NCBI GenBank assembly: GCA_013343275.1
Contig: CP046106.1
Span: 480,001-544,000, forward strand
Reading direction: 5' to 3'
Source of the DNA: Candidatus Nanohaloarchaea archaeon
GTDB lineage: Archaea; Nanohalarchaeota; Nanosalinia; Nanosalinales; Nanosalinaceae
Length of the DNA stretch: 64,000 nucleotides
Shown in pieces: positions 48,187 to 57,755 of this stretch; the stretch's first letter is position 1; each line of letters starts with the position of its first letter. Under the pieces are notes generated by a model. The model saw only the letters and a list, made by a program, of their open reading frames with translations, did not search any database and was not told where the DNA came from. The position numbers were made by a program, and so were the translations under genes.

Positions 48187-49272
48187 GTGATAACAGTGAA
48201 ATTAGAAAAAGTAAGAAAAGACGCTTCAGAGAAGATCGAAGAACTGGATAACCCGGAATCCATCAGAACACCCGGCAGAACATGGACCAGATATCCAGAA
48301 GTTTCACCGGAAGAAAGCGAGGTAGAACCCGGAATTGAGACAGAAGGAGAAGTAAAAGTTCTTCAGGGCGGAAAAGCAGTAAGTGAAGCGGGAGAAAAAC
48401 TTTTTGATGCAGTAAAATTCGATGAAGACAAACTTACAGCAGTTCATGCCGCCAATCTAAACTCTGTAATCTACATCAGGTCTGAAGGAGAGGCAGAAGT
48501 AAAGATAACTTACGAAGACGAAGCCGATACATTCGCACACGTCGTAGTAGACGCAGAGAAAAACTCGGAACTAACTTTAACTGAAGAATTCAGGAATAAA
48601 GGCCTTCTCACATCGATCAACGAAGTATACGTTGGAGAAAACGCCACAGTAAATTACGGCGCAGTAGAGGCCTCGGATTCCGAACTAACTTACTCTAGAA
48701 GAAAGGCTGTCGTCGGAGATTACGGAACCATAAACTGGTTGAACTCTCAGTTTACTGGAGATCTAAAGAGGACGAAGATAGAAACAGTTCTGAAAGGCGA
48801 CGGCTCGGAGACTGAAAAATTAGCTGTCTGGTATCCGACAGGCGAACAGCACAACGACATCTCAATGCATGCCTACCATTACGGAGAGAATACACGGTGT
48901 CAGATGGACTCTCGTGCAGTAGTAGACGACGAAGCACGTTCAGTTTACGAAGGCCTTCAGCACGTCGGCGATCGCGCAGACGAGACCCAGAGCTTCCAGG
49001 ACGAATCAGTTCTTATGCTGAGCGACAAATGTGAAGTCGATGCCTCGCCAAAACTGATGATCAACGATCCTAACGTAGAGGCCTCACACGCAGCAAGCGC
49101 CGGAAATCTTCCGGAAAAGGAGCTGCATTATCTAAAGTCTAGAGGCCTTACAGAGGATCAGGCCCGGAGACTGATCGTTAAAGGTTACTTTGAGCCTGTA
49201 ATTGGAGACATTTCGCTTCCAGAGTTGAAGGAAAGTATCCGTGAGGAAGTAACGAAGAAACTGGCCAAATAA
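48187..49272 (+). CDS. sufD: Fe-S cluster assembly protein SufD
   Basis: P.L.I...VEASHAAS..YLKSRGL; follows sufB. Confidence 0.9.
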   Translation: MITVKLEKVRKDASEKIEELDNPESIRTPGRTWTRYPEVSPEESEVEPGIETEGEVKVLQGGKAVSEAGEKLFDAVKFDEDKLTAVHAANLNSVIYIRSEGEAEVKITYEDEADTFAHVVVDAEKNSELTLTEEFRNKGLLTSINEVYVGENATVNYGAVEASDSELTYSRRKAVVGDYGTINWLNSQFTGDLKRTKIETVLKGDGSETEKLAVWYPTGEQHNDISMHAYHYGENTRCQMDSRAVVDDEARSVYEGLQHVGDRADETQSFQDESVLMLSDKCEVDASPKLMINDPNVEASHAASAGNLPEKELHYLKSRGLTEDQARRLIVKGYFEPVIGDISLPELKESIREEVTKKLAK

Positions 49273-49327
49273 AAGGCCTTTAACTTCTATCTTTGGTTTT
49301 TTGTAAAATTTCTTCTAGAGATTTGGA

Positions 49328-49369
49328 GTAAAGTATGCTTTACATTTTTAAATGTCAAGGGCACTTTAC
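49328..49369. promoter_or_regulatory. Tandem palindromic operators GTAAAG-N4-CTTTAC
   Basis: GTAAAGTATGCTTTAC (49328-49343) and GTCAAGGGCACTTTAC (49354-49369) flank TTTTTAAA upstream of an operon that encodes an XRE HTH. Confidence 0.7.
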
Positions 49370-49391
49370 ATTCTGTGATCAGGTGTTTACA

Positions 49392-49802
49392 ATGAAACTA
49401 CAGGACTACGGCCTGATGTCTTTCAGGGCCTCGGCAATCTACTTCATGATTATCCAGGGATTCGGATTCCTGCTCAGACTAAATTATTCAGCCTTCCAGC
49501 TTTTCGGAGTCTCGACTATAGGCGTGATACTGTTCAATATCTGGGCCTTGATCGACTCCCACTACGATCTGCCTCGGCGTTTCTCAGGCTGTGGCGCACA
49601 CGGCCTCATGGACGAACGGGAGATGGAAGTAGCAACAACATCCGCAGCATACGGATTTATAGCCTCGATCTTCGCAGCATCGATCAATCAAGGACAAATC
49701 TATGCATTAACACAGAACCAGATCGCCCAGATCGGATTCGCAGCATTCCTCACACTATTCCTCGGAAAAACAGCTCACCAGAGATTCGGAGGAAAAATCT
49801 AG
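49392..49802 (+). CDS. DUF2178-like four-TM membrane protein
   Basis: Two TM, MDERE..SAAYGF, two TM. Confidence 0.7.
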   Translation: MKLQDYGLMSFRASAIYFMIIQGFGFLLRLNYSAFQLFGVSTIGVILFNIWALIDSHYDLPRRFSGCGAHGLMDEREMEVATTSAAYGFIASIFAASINQGQIYALTQNQIAQIGFAAFLTLFLGKTAHQRFGGKI

Positions 49803-50242
49803 TGAACCTGAGAGATAAAGGCCTGATATCTGTAAAACACAACTTCCTGATCTTTATCGCAGCATTGACAGGCCAGATAATCGCTGAACAATACTTTATA
49901 GCGCCGGAAAGCGGTGTCAGCATAGTAACAGCTCTGGCAGCAGTAATCGGGTTCAACATCGGAAACATAATTATGAAAAAGGCCTCCTCAGGCCAGCAGT
50001 ACGATGAGAGGAACTACAGAAACCTGGATGAAGGCCTTGCATGAGGATTCATCGTCGCGGCCTCGATGCTCGGCGTGGATCTCGCCACAGGTTTTTCCTG
50101 GAGTAAACCGGAGATTCTGATTGTATCAGCGTCGGTTGCAGTCCTTGTAATGATCTGCAGGAACTTCCGGCAGACAGAAGGCCTCTGGAAGAAATTCATT
50201 AACGGCTGGAAGCAAAGAATAAGAGGTGAAGCCAGTGAATAG
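49802..50242 (+). pseudogene. DUF2178-like membrane protein interrupted by an in-frame TGA
   Basis: YDERNYRNLDEGLA-TGA(50042)-GFIVAASML... stays open in frame to TAG at 50242; the paralog has AW at this position. Confidence 0.7.
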
Positions 50243-50624
50243 AGAAGGCCTTTTACCAGCGCGGATGACGGCGATGTGGTTTACGGTTACCGCGGTATGG
50301 CTGTCGATAATGAACGGAGAGCACAGTCTCGGCCTTGAGCTGGTACATCTTTTCGGCGGGAGCCTTCTTGTAGCTGTACTCGTAAATATCTGGAACATTC
50401 GCAGAGAACAGCCTGTTATGGATGAACGGAAGCAACGGCTGGTGACGAACGCGATGGCGTGGGCCTTTGTGGTTATTGCTGTCGGTTTGCTGGTGGCTTC
50501 CAAGATGGCGAACCAGCCTTTTGATGCGATGACGGATCTGCTGGAGTTCGGTTTCTGGACCTGGCTGATCGTGATATCGGGAACGATGCTCTGGCAGAAG
50601 TACGGGCGGAGTGAAGGCCTGTAA
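50235..50624 (+). CDS. DUF2178-like four-TM membrane protein
   Basis: GAGGTGA SD then GTG; MDERKQRLVTNAMAWAF. Confidence 0.72.
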   Translation: MNREGLLPARMTAMWFTVTAVWLSIMNGEHSLGLELVHLFGGSLLVAVLVNIWNIRREQPVMDERKQRLVTNAMAWAFVVIAVGLLVASKMANQPFDAMTDLLEFGFWTWLIVISGTMLWQKYGRSEGL

Positions 50625-50650
50625 ATACTTTCGCCTTCAAAGTGAGTGTT

Positions 50651-50863
50651 ATGGGAATTAAAAATCAACTGAAAGAGTACAGGGCAGAACAGGATATTAC
50701 ACAGGCCCAGCTGGCAGAACAGGTGAATGTTTCCCGGCAGACAATCAACGCGATCGAGACCGGGAAGTACGATCCGAGCCTGGAACTGGCCCTGAAGATC
50801 GCCGATTTTTTCGATACTGAAGTAGAGAGGATTTTCTCTCTAGCACAAAGAACCAAAGATTGA
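50651..50863 (+). CDS. XRE-family HTH transcriptional regulator
   Basis: TQAQLAEQVNVSRQTINAIETGKYDPSLELA. Confidence 0.93.
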   Translation: MGIKNQLKEYRAEQDITQAQLAEQVNVSRQTINAIETGKYDPSLELALKIADFFDTEVERIFSLAQRTKD

Positions 50864-50889
50864 AATCTAGAGGCGAGAAAAACTTTTTC

Positions 50890-51528
50890 ATGAACTTGGA
50901 AAAGCAGGATTACGGTGCAGTGATTCTAGGCCTTTTGATGGCTGCTGTAACGGTTTACGGCTGGTTACATCTACCAGATCAGATAGCAGTGCATTTCAAT
51001 GCTTCTGGAGAACCGGATCGAATCACCGATAAATTTCTGGGCCTGATCCTTCTGCCTGTAATGTTTTCCGGCTTCTACGTACTGTTCAAGCTGTTGCCGG
51101 GTATCGATCCGCTGGGAGAAAATATTCAGAAGTTCAAAGGCCAGTACAGAACTGTAATAGTAGCTGTTCTCGGATTCCTGACATATATCCAGGCCATGAT
51201 AGTTTTCTGGAATCTGGGCTACTCTTTCAGCATCAGTCAGGCCCTGGCGCCTGCTATAGCAGTACTTTACTACGTCATGGGAGATGTGATCAGTGAGGCC
51301 CGTCAGAACTGGTTTATCGGCATCAGAACGCCGTGGACTCTCAGCGATGAAGAGGTATGGAACCAGACTCACGAGAGATGCGGGCCTCTGTTCAAGATCG
51401 CTGCCGCGATAACTCTCATCGCGGTAGCTCTTCCGGATTACTTCCTGATACTTGCAGTAGCTCCAGCGCTTGCAGCCTCGCTCTATGCAACTTTCTATTC
51501 CTACAGAGAGTACCGGAGAGAAAATTAG
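50890..51528 (+). CDS. SdpI/DUF1648 family immunity-like membrane protein
   Basis: LPDQIAVHFNASGEPD and NWFIGIRTPWTLSDEEVWNQTH. Confidence 0.9.
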   Translation: MNLEKQDYGAVILGLLMAAVTVYGWLHLPDQIAVHFNASGEPDRITDKFLGLILLPVMFSGFYVLFKLLPGIDPLGENIQKFKGQYRTVIVAVLGFLTYIQAMIVFWNLGYSFSISQALAPAIAVLYYVMGDVISEARQNWFIGIRTPWTLSDEEVWNQTHERCGPLFKIAAAITLIAVALPDYFLILAVAPALAASLYATFYSYREYRREN

Positions 51529-51536
51529 AAGTCTGT

Positions 51537-51932
51537 CTATAGATCGTCGATCAAGTTTCCCAGGGCCTCATCGCCGTACTTGTTTTCGTATATCTTCAGG
51601 TAGCCTAGAATCAGGTCTTCAAAGTTCTCGCGGTGTTCTTCCGCGTCCATATCATTTGCGATCTCTTCAAGGCCTTTCTCGGTCAGCCTGAAGTACTTCC
51701 TGTCGCTGTCTTCAAGACCTCTGTCCTTAACTTCTTTCTCATCCAGCTTTTCGAGAAGGCCTTCGTCCTCAAGTCGCTGAATCAATGGGTATATTGTTCC
51801 ATAGCTGGGGCTCCAGTAGCCTTCCGTCACATCTTCTATTCCTGATACAACGCCGTACCCGTAATTTGGGCCGTTCTCGAACTGCTTGAGCACGCTGTAC
51901 CTCAAGATGTGGCTTGGAAGCTTCTTACCCAT
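51537..51932 (-). CDS. PadR family transcriptional regulator
   Basis: YGY..PSYGTIYP..L..RKYFRLTEKG. Confidence 0.9.
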   Translation of the reverse strand: MGKKLPSHILRYSVLKQFENGPNYGYGVVSGIEDVTEGYWSPSYGTIYPLIQRLEDEGLLEKLDEKEVKDRGLEDSDRKYFRLTEKGLEEIANDMDAEEHRENFEDLILGYLKIYENKYGDEALGNLIDDL

Positions 51933-51971
51933 GAACCTTGTATAGTCTCGAATCTTTTTGTCAGTTACGAT

Positions 51972-51985
51972 TCGAAACATTTCGA
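51972..51985. promoter_or_regulatory. Candidate PadR operator
   Basis: Inverted repeat TCGAAA-CA-TTTCGA between divergent padR and MATE genes. Confidence 0.45.
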
Positions 51986-52026
51986 TTCGATACATGTTTT
52001 TAAATTTTCCAGCAGAATCTTCAACC

Positions 52027-53535
52027 ATGGTTCTCGCTAAAATCACTGATTTAATCAGCAGCAAGTTCAAATCCCAGGAAGAACTCGATCTACTGAACGG
52101 GCCGGTAGGCAAGAACCTTTTCTACCTCTCGCTGCCGGTCATAATGATCAACCTGTTACAGACAGCCTACAACCTGGCAGATACTTTCTGGCTGGGCCAG
52201 TACAGCAACAACGCACTTGAAGCCATCACCTACGCTTTTCCACTGGTCTTCTTCCTGATATCCCTTGGAATGGGCCTTGCAGTAGCAGGCAGCGTCCTGG
52301 TCGCGCAGTACGAAGGATCAGGTAACAAAAAGAAGAGGAATTACGCTGCATCGCAAACCATCGCATTCAGCGCACTGGCCTCCGTTATCATTGGAGGTAT
52401 AGGATACTTCTTCATACCAGACATCGTAGGCCTTCTTGGAGCTTCAGGCCCTGTAGCAGCCTCTGCAGCACAGTACCTGGAAGTTATCTCGCTAGGCCTG
52501 TTCTCGATGTTCGGCTTCCTGGTCTTCCAGTCTCTGATGAGAGGTTATGGAGACACAGTTACGCCTATGCTCCTGATGCTCGGAACGGTCATACTGAACA
52601 TTATAATCGACCCTATCTTCATCTTCGGCTGGGGTCCAGTACCTGAAATGGGTGTAAAAGGTGCTGCTCTTGCAACAGTGCTTGCAAGAACACTTTCACT
52701 AGCTATAGGAGTAGGAATACTGTTTACCGGCCGCAAAGGGATAGAGATCTCGCTCAGCCAGATGCACCCGGACCTGAATTTCTTCAAGAAGATGATGGCG
52801 ATCGGAATACCGGCCTCGGCAGAGGGAACCGGTAGATCTCTTTCTGTCAACGCGCTTGTAGCAGTAGTTGGTACAGTATTTGCAGGATCGGTCGTAGCAG
52901 GCTACGGTATCGCGGTAAGAATATTTTCTATGGTCTTCCTCCCTGCAGCAGCTGTAGGCAGAGGGGTTGAATCCATGACCGGTCAGAATATCGGAGCAGA
53001 GAACTACGATCGTGCAGCAGAGACAGCAAGATTTGGAGCCAAGTGGACCTTCCTTATACTCTCACTGCTCGGCGTAATCACATTTGTATTCGCAAAACCT
53101 ATCTCCTCAGTATTCACCACCGATCCAGAGATTGCAGCAGTCGGCGCCGAGTTCCTACGTTACGTATCATTCAGCTTCGGGTTCATCGGCGTTCTCAGAA
53201 GCTACAACGGAAGTCTCAGAGGCGCAGGAAAGACAGCTACCGCAGCAGTAATCTCTATAGCAACCCTAGGCCTTATCAGGCTTCCAATAGCCTACTTCGG
53301 AGCAATCAACATCGGAACAAGAGGAGTGTGGGCCGCGTTCTTCATCTCCAATGTCGCAGGAGCCGGAATCGCATACCTGTGGTACCAGAGAGGAACCTGG
53401 AGACAGAGAATAACAGAGGAAGAGAAAGCAAAAGGAGAAGTATCAGAGGAGACAGGCGGTACAGGAGGATCTATTACAGAGTCAGTCAGCAAGAAAATTG
53501 CAGGACTAATCCCCGGCCTCTCCAGCAGAAGTTAG
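52027..53535 (+). CDS. MATE family efflux transporter
   Basis: YNLADTFWLG, NIIIDPIFIFG..GAALAT and GQNIGA; 12 TM. Confidence 0.93.
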   Translation: MVLAKITDLISSKFKSQEELDLLNGPVGKNLFYLSLPVIMINLLQTAYNLADTFWLGQYSNNALEAITYAFPLVFFLISLGMGLAVAGSVLVAQYEGSGNKKKRNYAASQTIAFSALASVIIGGIGYFFIPDIVGLLGASGPVAASAAQYLEVISLGLFSMFGFLVFQSLMRGYGDTVTPMLLMLGTVILNIIIDPIFIFGWGPVPEMGVKGAALATVLARTLSLAIGVGILFTGRKGIEISLSQMHPDLNFFKKMMAIGIPASAEGTGRSLSVNALVAVVGTVFAGSVVAGYGIAVRIFSMVFLPAAAVGRGVESMTGQNIGAENYDRAAETARFGAKWTFLILSLLGVITFVFAKPISSVFTTDPEIAAVGAEFLRYVSFSFGFIGVLRSYNGSLRGAGKTATAAVISIATLGLIRLPIAYFGAINIGTRGVWAAFFISNVAGAGIAYLWYQRGTWRQRITEEEKAKGEVSEETGGTGGSITESVSKKIAGLIPGLSSRS

Positions 53536-54104
53536 CCGGAGTCTGAGAACGAACAGCACTGATCGTCCAGAAATGCAGATATAGTATCTTTCATATCCTC
53601 TTTCAACTCTTTCAAGCCTTCTCTATCACCTGAAGCTACTTTCCGGCTTATACTGCCTTCGATCATTGAGAGAAATATTTCTGCAGCTACTTCAGAATTT
53701 TCCGCACCGGCCTCACTCATTATCTCCGATACGTTTTCGAGAAAAATCCTGTCTGCTTCCTGGAATTTTTCCTGAAACTTTTCGTTGTGCTGGGCCTGGA
53801 CACGTAGCTCCTGGAAGGCCTTCTGGAACTCCCACTGCTCCTCACTTTCAATCCCCAGAGCTTTATCCAGTATTCCATCAATCCTGGCCTCCGGAGAATC
53901 GTTTTCATACTCAAAATCCGCCTTCTCCATCAGAAAGTCCAGGAAGGAAAGCATCAGATCCCCTTTATCATCAAAATGGTAATAGATCAGGGATTTGCCT
54001 TTATCCGACTCATCCGCAATCTTCTGAATAGAGAGATCTGCGTAGCCGTGCTTGCATAAGGCCTTGAATGTAGCATCCATGATCTCTTCTTTTGAGTCGC
54101 TCAT
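53532..54104 (-). CDS. TetR/AcrR family regulator
   Basis: IMDATFKALCKHGYADLSIQKIA..LIYYHFDDK. Confidence 0.93.
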   Translation of the reverse strand: MSDSKEEIMDATFKALCKHGYADLSIQKIADESDKGKSLIYYHFDDKGDLMLSFLDFLMEKADFEYENDSPEARIDGILDKALGIESEEQWEFQKAFQELRVQAQHNEKFQEKFQEADRIFLENVSEIMSEAGAENSEVAAEIFLSMIEGSISRKVASGDREGLKELKEDMKDTISAFLDDQCCSFSDSG

Positions 54105-54122
54105 CTCTATCTTTCCACGGTG

Positions 54123-54140
54123 ACTGAATGTTCGTTCAGT
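54123..54140. promoter_or_regulatory. Candidate TetR operator
   Basis: ACTGAA-TGTTCG-TTCAGT inverted repeat between tetR and the divergent RND operon. Confidence 0.65.
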
Positions 54141-54175
54141 TTCTTAAGTCTACGGATCTTAAGAAATGAATAGTG

Positions 54176-55279
54176 ATGGAAAACCCTCTGAATCTGCTGG
54201 CCAGAGCGCATCTCGAGCATACCGACAAGATTATCGCGTTCTGCCTGTTACTGACAGTTATACTTTCCCTCGGGCTCCCTCAGATCCAGTTACAGACCAA
54301 TTTCCAGGAAAGCCTACCTGACAGCCTCCCTCCGATAAAGGCCCAGGAGAAGGTTGAGGCCAACTTCGGCAGCAGTAACTCTATTATAGTGCTTTTCCAG
54401 ACGAACGAGAAGAAGCTGGAGGAGAATTTCGTGACCGATGTCCGTGATCCACGTATGATCCGGACTCTGAACTTTCTGGAGCAGGAGCTGCAGAACGAAC
54501 CGTCTATTGCCTCGGTTAACTCGATGGCCTCGCTTTTCGAGGAGAACCCTGACTTGAAGAAGGAAGTGAAGAGAGTTCTTTCTCAGACCGAGGCCAGTTT
54601 CACGAACCGGGACTATACTGCGACCACGATGTTTATCCAGCTCAGCAACGATATGACAGAGGAAAACGTGCGTGAGGCCACTCGGACAATCAGGGAGAAC
54701 ATAGAGCAGTCGCCCAGATATCCGGGAATAAGTATCCAGATAACAGGGACGCCAGTCATGAGGAACGTGCTGTCAGATGTACTGATAACAGATACTGTTA
54801 CAATTATTGCAGTGGCCTCAGCACTGATATGGGTGCTGCTAGCTGCGGTAAGAGGGCCTGTATACGGAACTGCTACTTTTGCACCTCTCTTCATAGGCCT
54901 TCTGTGGGCGCTGGGCGCAATGGGGCTTCTGGGGATACCTATGACGATCGCCACTATCGCGATTGGATCGATGCTGCTGGGTCTCGGAGTCGAGTACGGT
55001 TCCTTCATATCAGAGAGGATCGTGGAGGAAACCAGCGAGCAGGGACTGGAGGACGGAATAATGACCGCCGTACCGAACACCGGTAAGGCGGTCCTCGGTT
55101 CCTCAACTACCGATCTTGTAGGCTTCCTGGCATTGCTGCTGGCCTCGATCTCCTTCATGAGGGATCTGGGGCTGACACTTGCACTGGGAGAGGGATTGAC
55201 ACTGGCCGCAGCGCTCCTTCTGACACCAGCCCTTATCGTAAAATACGAGAGATGGAAACAGGAAGGTGACGGAGAATGA
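54176..55279 (+). CDS. MMPL/RND transporter, half-size
   Basis: TM1, extracellular domain and five TM with GLGVEYG..STTDLVGF. Confidence 0.85.
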   Translation: MENPLNLLARAHLEHTDKIIAFCLLLTVILSLGLPQIQLQTNFQESLPDSLPPIKAQEKVEANFGSSNSIIVLFQTNEKKLEENFVTDVRDPRMIRTLNFLEQELQNEPSIASVNSMASLFEENPDLKKEVKRVLSQTEASFTNRDYTATTMFIQLSNDMTEENVREATRTIRENIEQSPRYPGISIQITGTPVMRNVLSDVLITDTVTIIAVASALIWVLLAAVRGPVYGTATFAPLFIGLLWALGAMGLLGIPMTIATIAIGSMLLGLGVEYGSFISERIVEETSEQGLEDGIMTAVPNTGKAVLGSSTTDLVGFLALLLASISFMRDLGLTLALGEGLTLAAALLLTPALIVKYERWKQEGDGE

Positions 55280-56475
55280 ACGGAAAAGTAGATAGAGCAC
55301 TTGAAAAATACTCCGATACTATCGAAAGCAGGCCTCTAACAGTTCTTGCAGTAGCAGTCATGGCAACCGCTGTACTGGCCTCCGGAGCTTCCAAAGTTCA
55401 GACAGAGCAGATGAGTCAGGAAGACCTGCTGCCGGATTCAATGCCTACCATGGAGGCCTTCAGCGTGATAAGCTCCGAGTTCTCGACAGCTTCAGGAACC
55501 AGTTACACAATACTTATTGAGACCGCACCACAGTACCCTAACTCGACAGAGATAAGAGATCTCCGGCAACCGGAGGCCCTGAGATTTATGAAGGCTGTCT
55601 CCGATGATCTAAGCTCCAGAGATAAGATCAGTTCAGTATCCGGGCCTTCAGATCTGTTCCGAGGAAGTATTCCGTCCAGCAAGACCAGGGTTGACCAGGC
55701 CTTCAGAACTCTGGGCGAAGCGAGATGGAGCAACTACGTCTCCAGCGACTACACTGCAGCAATTATGCGTGTGGATACTGTTGAGATGTCGACATCTGAG
55801 CAGATGCAGCTGGCAAATCAGATAAGACAGACCGTCAGATCACACGAGAAACCTGCAGGTCTGGATATAAGCTATACAGGTCAGCCATTTATCGACAAGG
55901 CCTTCCAGCAGCAGACGCAGAAAACTATGAGTATAACAGGAGCTGCGGCCCTCCTGGGAGTGATTCTGGTAGTGGTTCTTCTTTTCCGGTCGCTTTTCTA
56001 CGGATTTACCTCTCTGCTCACACTGGTATTTGGAGTCACAGCAGGTTTCGGTATCTTCGGCTGGCTGGGCCTTAATATGAGTCCTGCAACATCCGGTGCA
56101 ATCACAATGGGTATCGGAGTCGCGATAGACTTCGGAATCCAGCCAATATCACGGTACATAGAGGAAAGAGAGAACTTTGGGATAGAGAAATCTCTGGAGG
56201 AAACTATCAAAGGCATTGTAACACCGATGACAGTGGGCCTCATCGCTGCAAACATCGGTTTCCTGTCGCTCAACGTTGGCAGAGTTACATTCCTCTCAGA
56301 TCTTGGAACATTGCTTACATTGACGACTACAATGGCCTACGTTGCGGCATTCACAGTTATTCCTTCCTCGCTCGTAATTTACGATCGCTACTTCACCAGA
56401 AACGGGACTTCAGGCTTTACTTTATCTAAAATTACCGGAAATTCGGAAAACAGTACTAAAGGTGAATCACAATAA
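55276..56475 (+). CDS. MMPL/RND transporter, half-size
   Basis: GIGVAIDFG..RYIEER; same topology as the preceding gene. Confidence 0.85.
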   Translation: MNGKVDRALEKYSDTIESRPLTVLAVAVMATAVLASGASKVQTEQMSQEDLLPDSMPTMEAFSVISSEFSTASGTSYTILIETAPQYPNSTEIRDLRQPEALRFMKAVSDDLSSRDKISSVSGPSDLFRGSIPSSKTRVDQAFRTLGEARWSNYVSSDYTAAIMRVDTVEMSTSEQMQLANQIRQTVRSHEKPAGLDISYTGQPFIDKAFQQQTQKTMSITGAAALLGVILVVVLLFRSLFYGFTSLLTLVFGVTAGFGIFGWLGLNMSPATSGAITMGIGVAIDFGIQPISRYIEERENFGIEKSLEETIKGIVTPMTVGLIAANIGFLSLNVGRVTFLSDLGTLLTLTTTMAYVAAFTVIPSSLVIYDRYFTRNGTSGFTLSKITGNSENSTKGESQ

Positions 56476-56476
56476 A

Positions 56477-57676
56477 ATGAAAACGAAAGCACTAGCTTTA
56501 ATCACGGCTGCTGCGCTTCTCATGGGCGGAGCTGCAGCACAGACTCAAGACAGCCCACAACTCAATGCAATTCTGATTAACACAGATCCTGCTCCTGTAC
56601 AGTCAGGAGAAGACGCAGAGATAACTTTCAAGATACGGAACAGCGGCGGCGCTACTGCTGAAGACGTAGAGGTTGGATTAGTTGACTCCTTCCCTTTCCA
56701 GCTTAAACCAGACAGGAAGAGGACCTACAGCATCGGAGATATAGGGCCTAGCGATGGAATACAGCTTCCGACGTACGAGGTCCTTGTAGCGGAGAATGCT
56801 CCGGACGGCTCGAACAAGCTGAAGCTGCGGATTTCCCGGGGAGATCTTTCCTACACCGAGACGATCCCTATCCAGGTGCAGAGCCAGGATATAGAGCTTA
56901 ATCTGGCCAATCTGCAGACAGTTCCAACGCAGCTGACACCAGGAACGGAGAACGCAAAAATGGTTGTGGAAGTAGTTAACAACGGTGAGAAAACCGCTGA
57001 AAACGTGGTAGTTGATGTAGGCCTTCCTGAAAGCTTCCAGAAGACCTCCAGCTTCTCTACCCGGCAGGCAATCGGAAATCTGGGTCCTGGACAGGTGAAG
57101 AAGGCGGAGTTCACGTTCGATATACAGAAAACGGCAGAGAAAGGAACTGTAAGGATCCCTACAAACATCACCTACACGACAGGAGAATCAAACAACAGGA
57201 TAACGGAGAGCGCCAACTTCAGATTCCACCTGGCCGGCAAACCACAGTTCAAGGTAGTGGATGTAGAAAGCAACTTGAAGACTGGTGGTACAGGTCAGCT
57301 AAGGATTACAGTGAAGAACACTGGTTCAGAACAGGCCTCTTCAAGCCGTATCAGGGTTCTGGACTCATCTGATCTTCCTTTCAGCTATGATTCTGCAAGC
57401 CATTACATTGGGACACTTGAGCCAGACCAGAATGGGACTGTTGTGTTCGATGTTACAGCAGGGCCAGATGCTGTGGCGAAGAACTACCTGCTTGACTTCG
57501 AGATCCGGGGCGTCAAAGACACCCAGACATATGTAGAGAGCACGACAGTCAAAGTCGACATCGCAGAAGGAGACAGAGATTCAGGCCTTCCTCTCCCGAT
57601 TATAGCAGCTGCACTACTAGCAGCCGCCGGCGCATACATCTTCCGGGAGAAAATTGCAGAGACCCTCAGCAGGTAA
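56477..57676 (+). CDS. COG1361-like exported Ig-fold protein with C-terminal anchor
   Basis: Signal peptide, three CARDB-like repeats (N.G...A..V...IG.L.P) and a C-terminal TM. Confidence 0.8.
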   Translation: MKTKALALITAAALLMGGAAAQTQDSPQLNAILINTDPAPVQSGEDAEITFKIRNSGGATAEDVEVGLVDSFPFQLKPDRKRTYSIGDIGPSDGIQLPTYEVLVAENAPDGSNKLKLRISRGDLSYTETIPIQVQSQDIELNLANLQTVPTQLTPGTENAKMVVEVVNNGEKTAENVVVDVGLPESFQKTSSFSTRQAIGNLGPGQVKKAEFTFDIQKTAEKGTVRIPTNITYTTGESNNRITESANFRFHLAGKPQFKVVDVESNLKTGGTGQLRITVKNTGSEQASSSRIRVLDSSDLPFSYDSASHYIGTLEPDQNGTVVFDVTAGPDAVAKNYLLDFEIRGVKDTQTYVESTTVKVDIAEGDRDSGLPLPIIAAALLAAAGAYIFREKIAETLSR

Positions 57677-57755
57677 AAACCCAGGCCTCTATTTCCCTTT
57701 TTTCTTCAAATTTTTCTGGCTGCATCTAAAAAGATTCGCGGCGTAAAAACCAAGT

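Noticed and set aside
50042-50044. TGA recoding (Trp or Sec) as a genetic-code feature
   Set aside because: TGA is the normal stop of several conserved genes in the window; this is a single isolated case.
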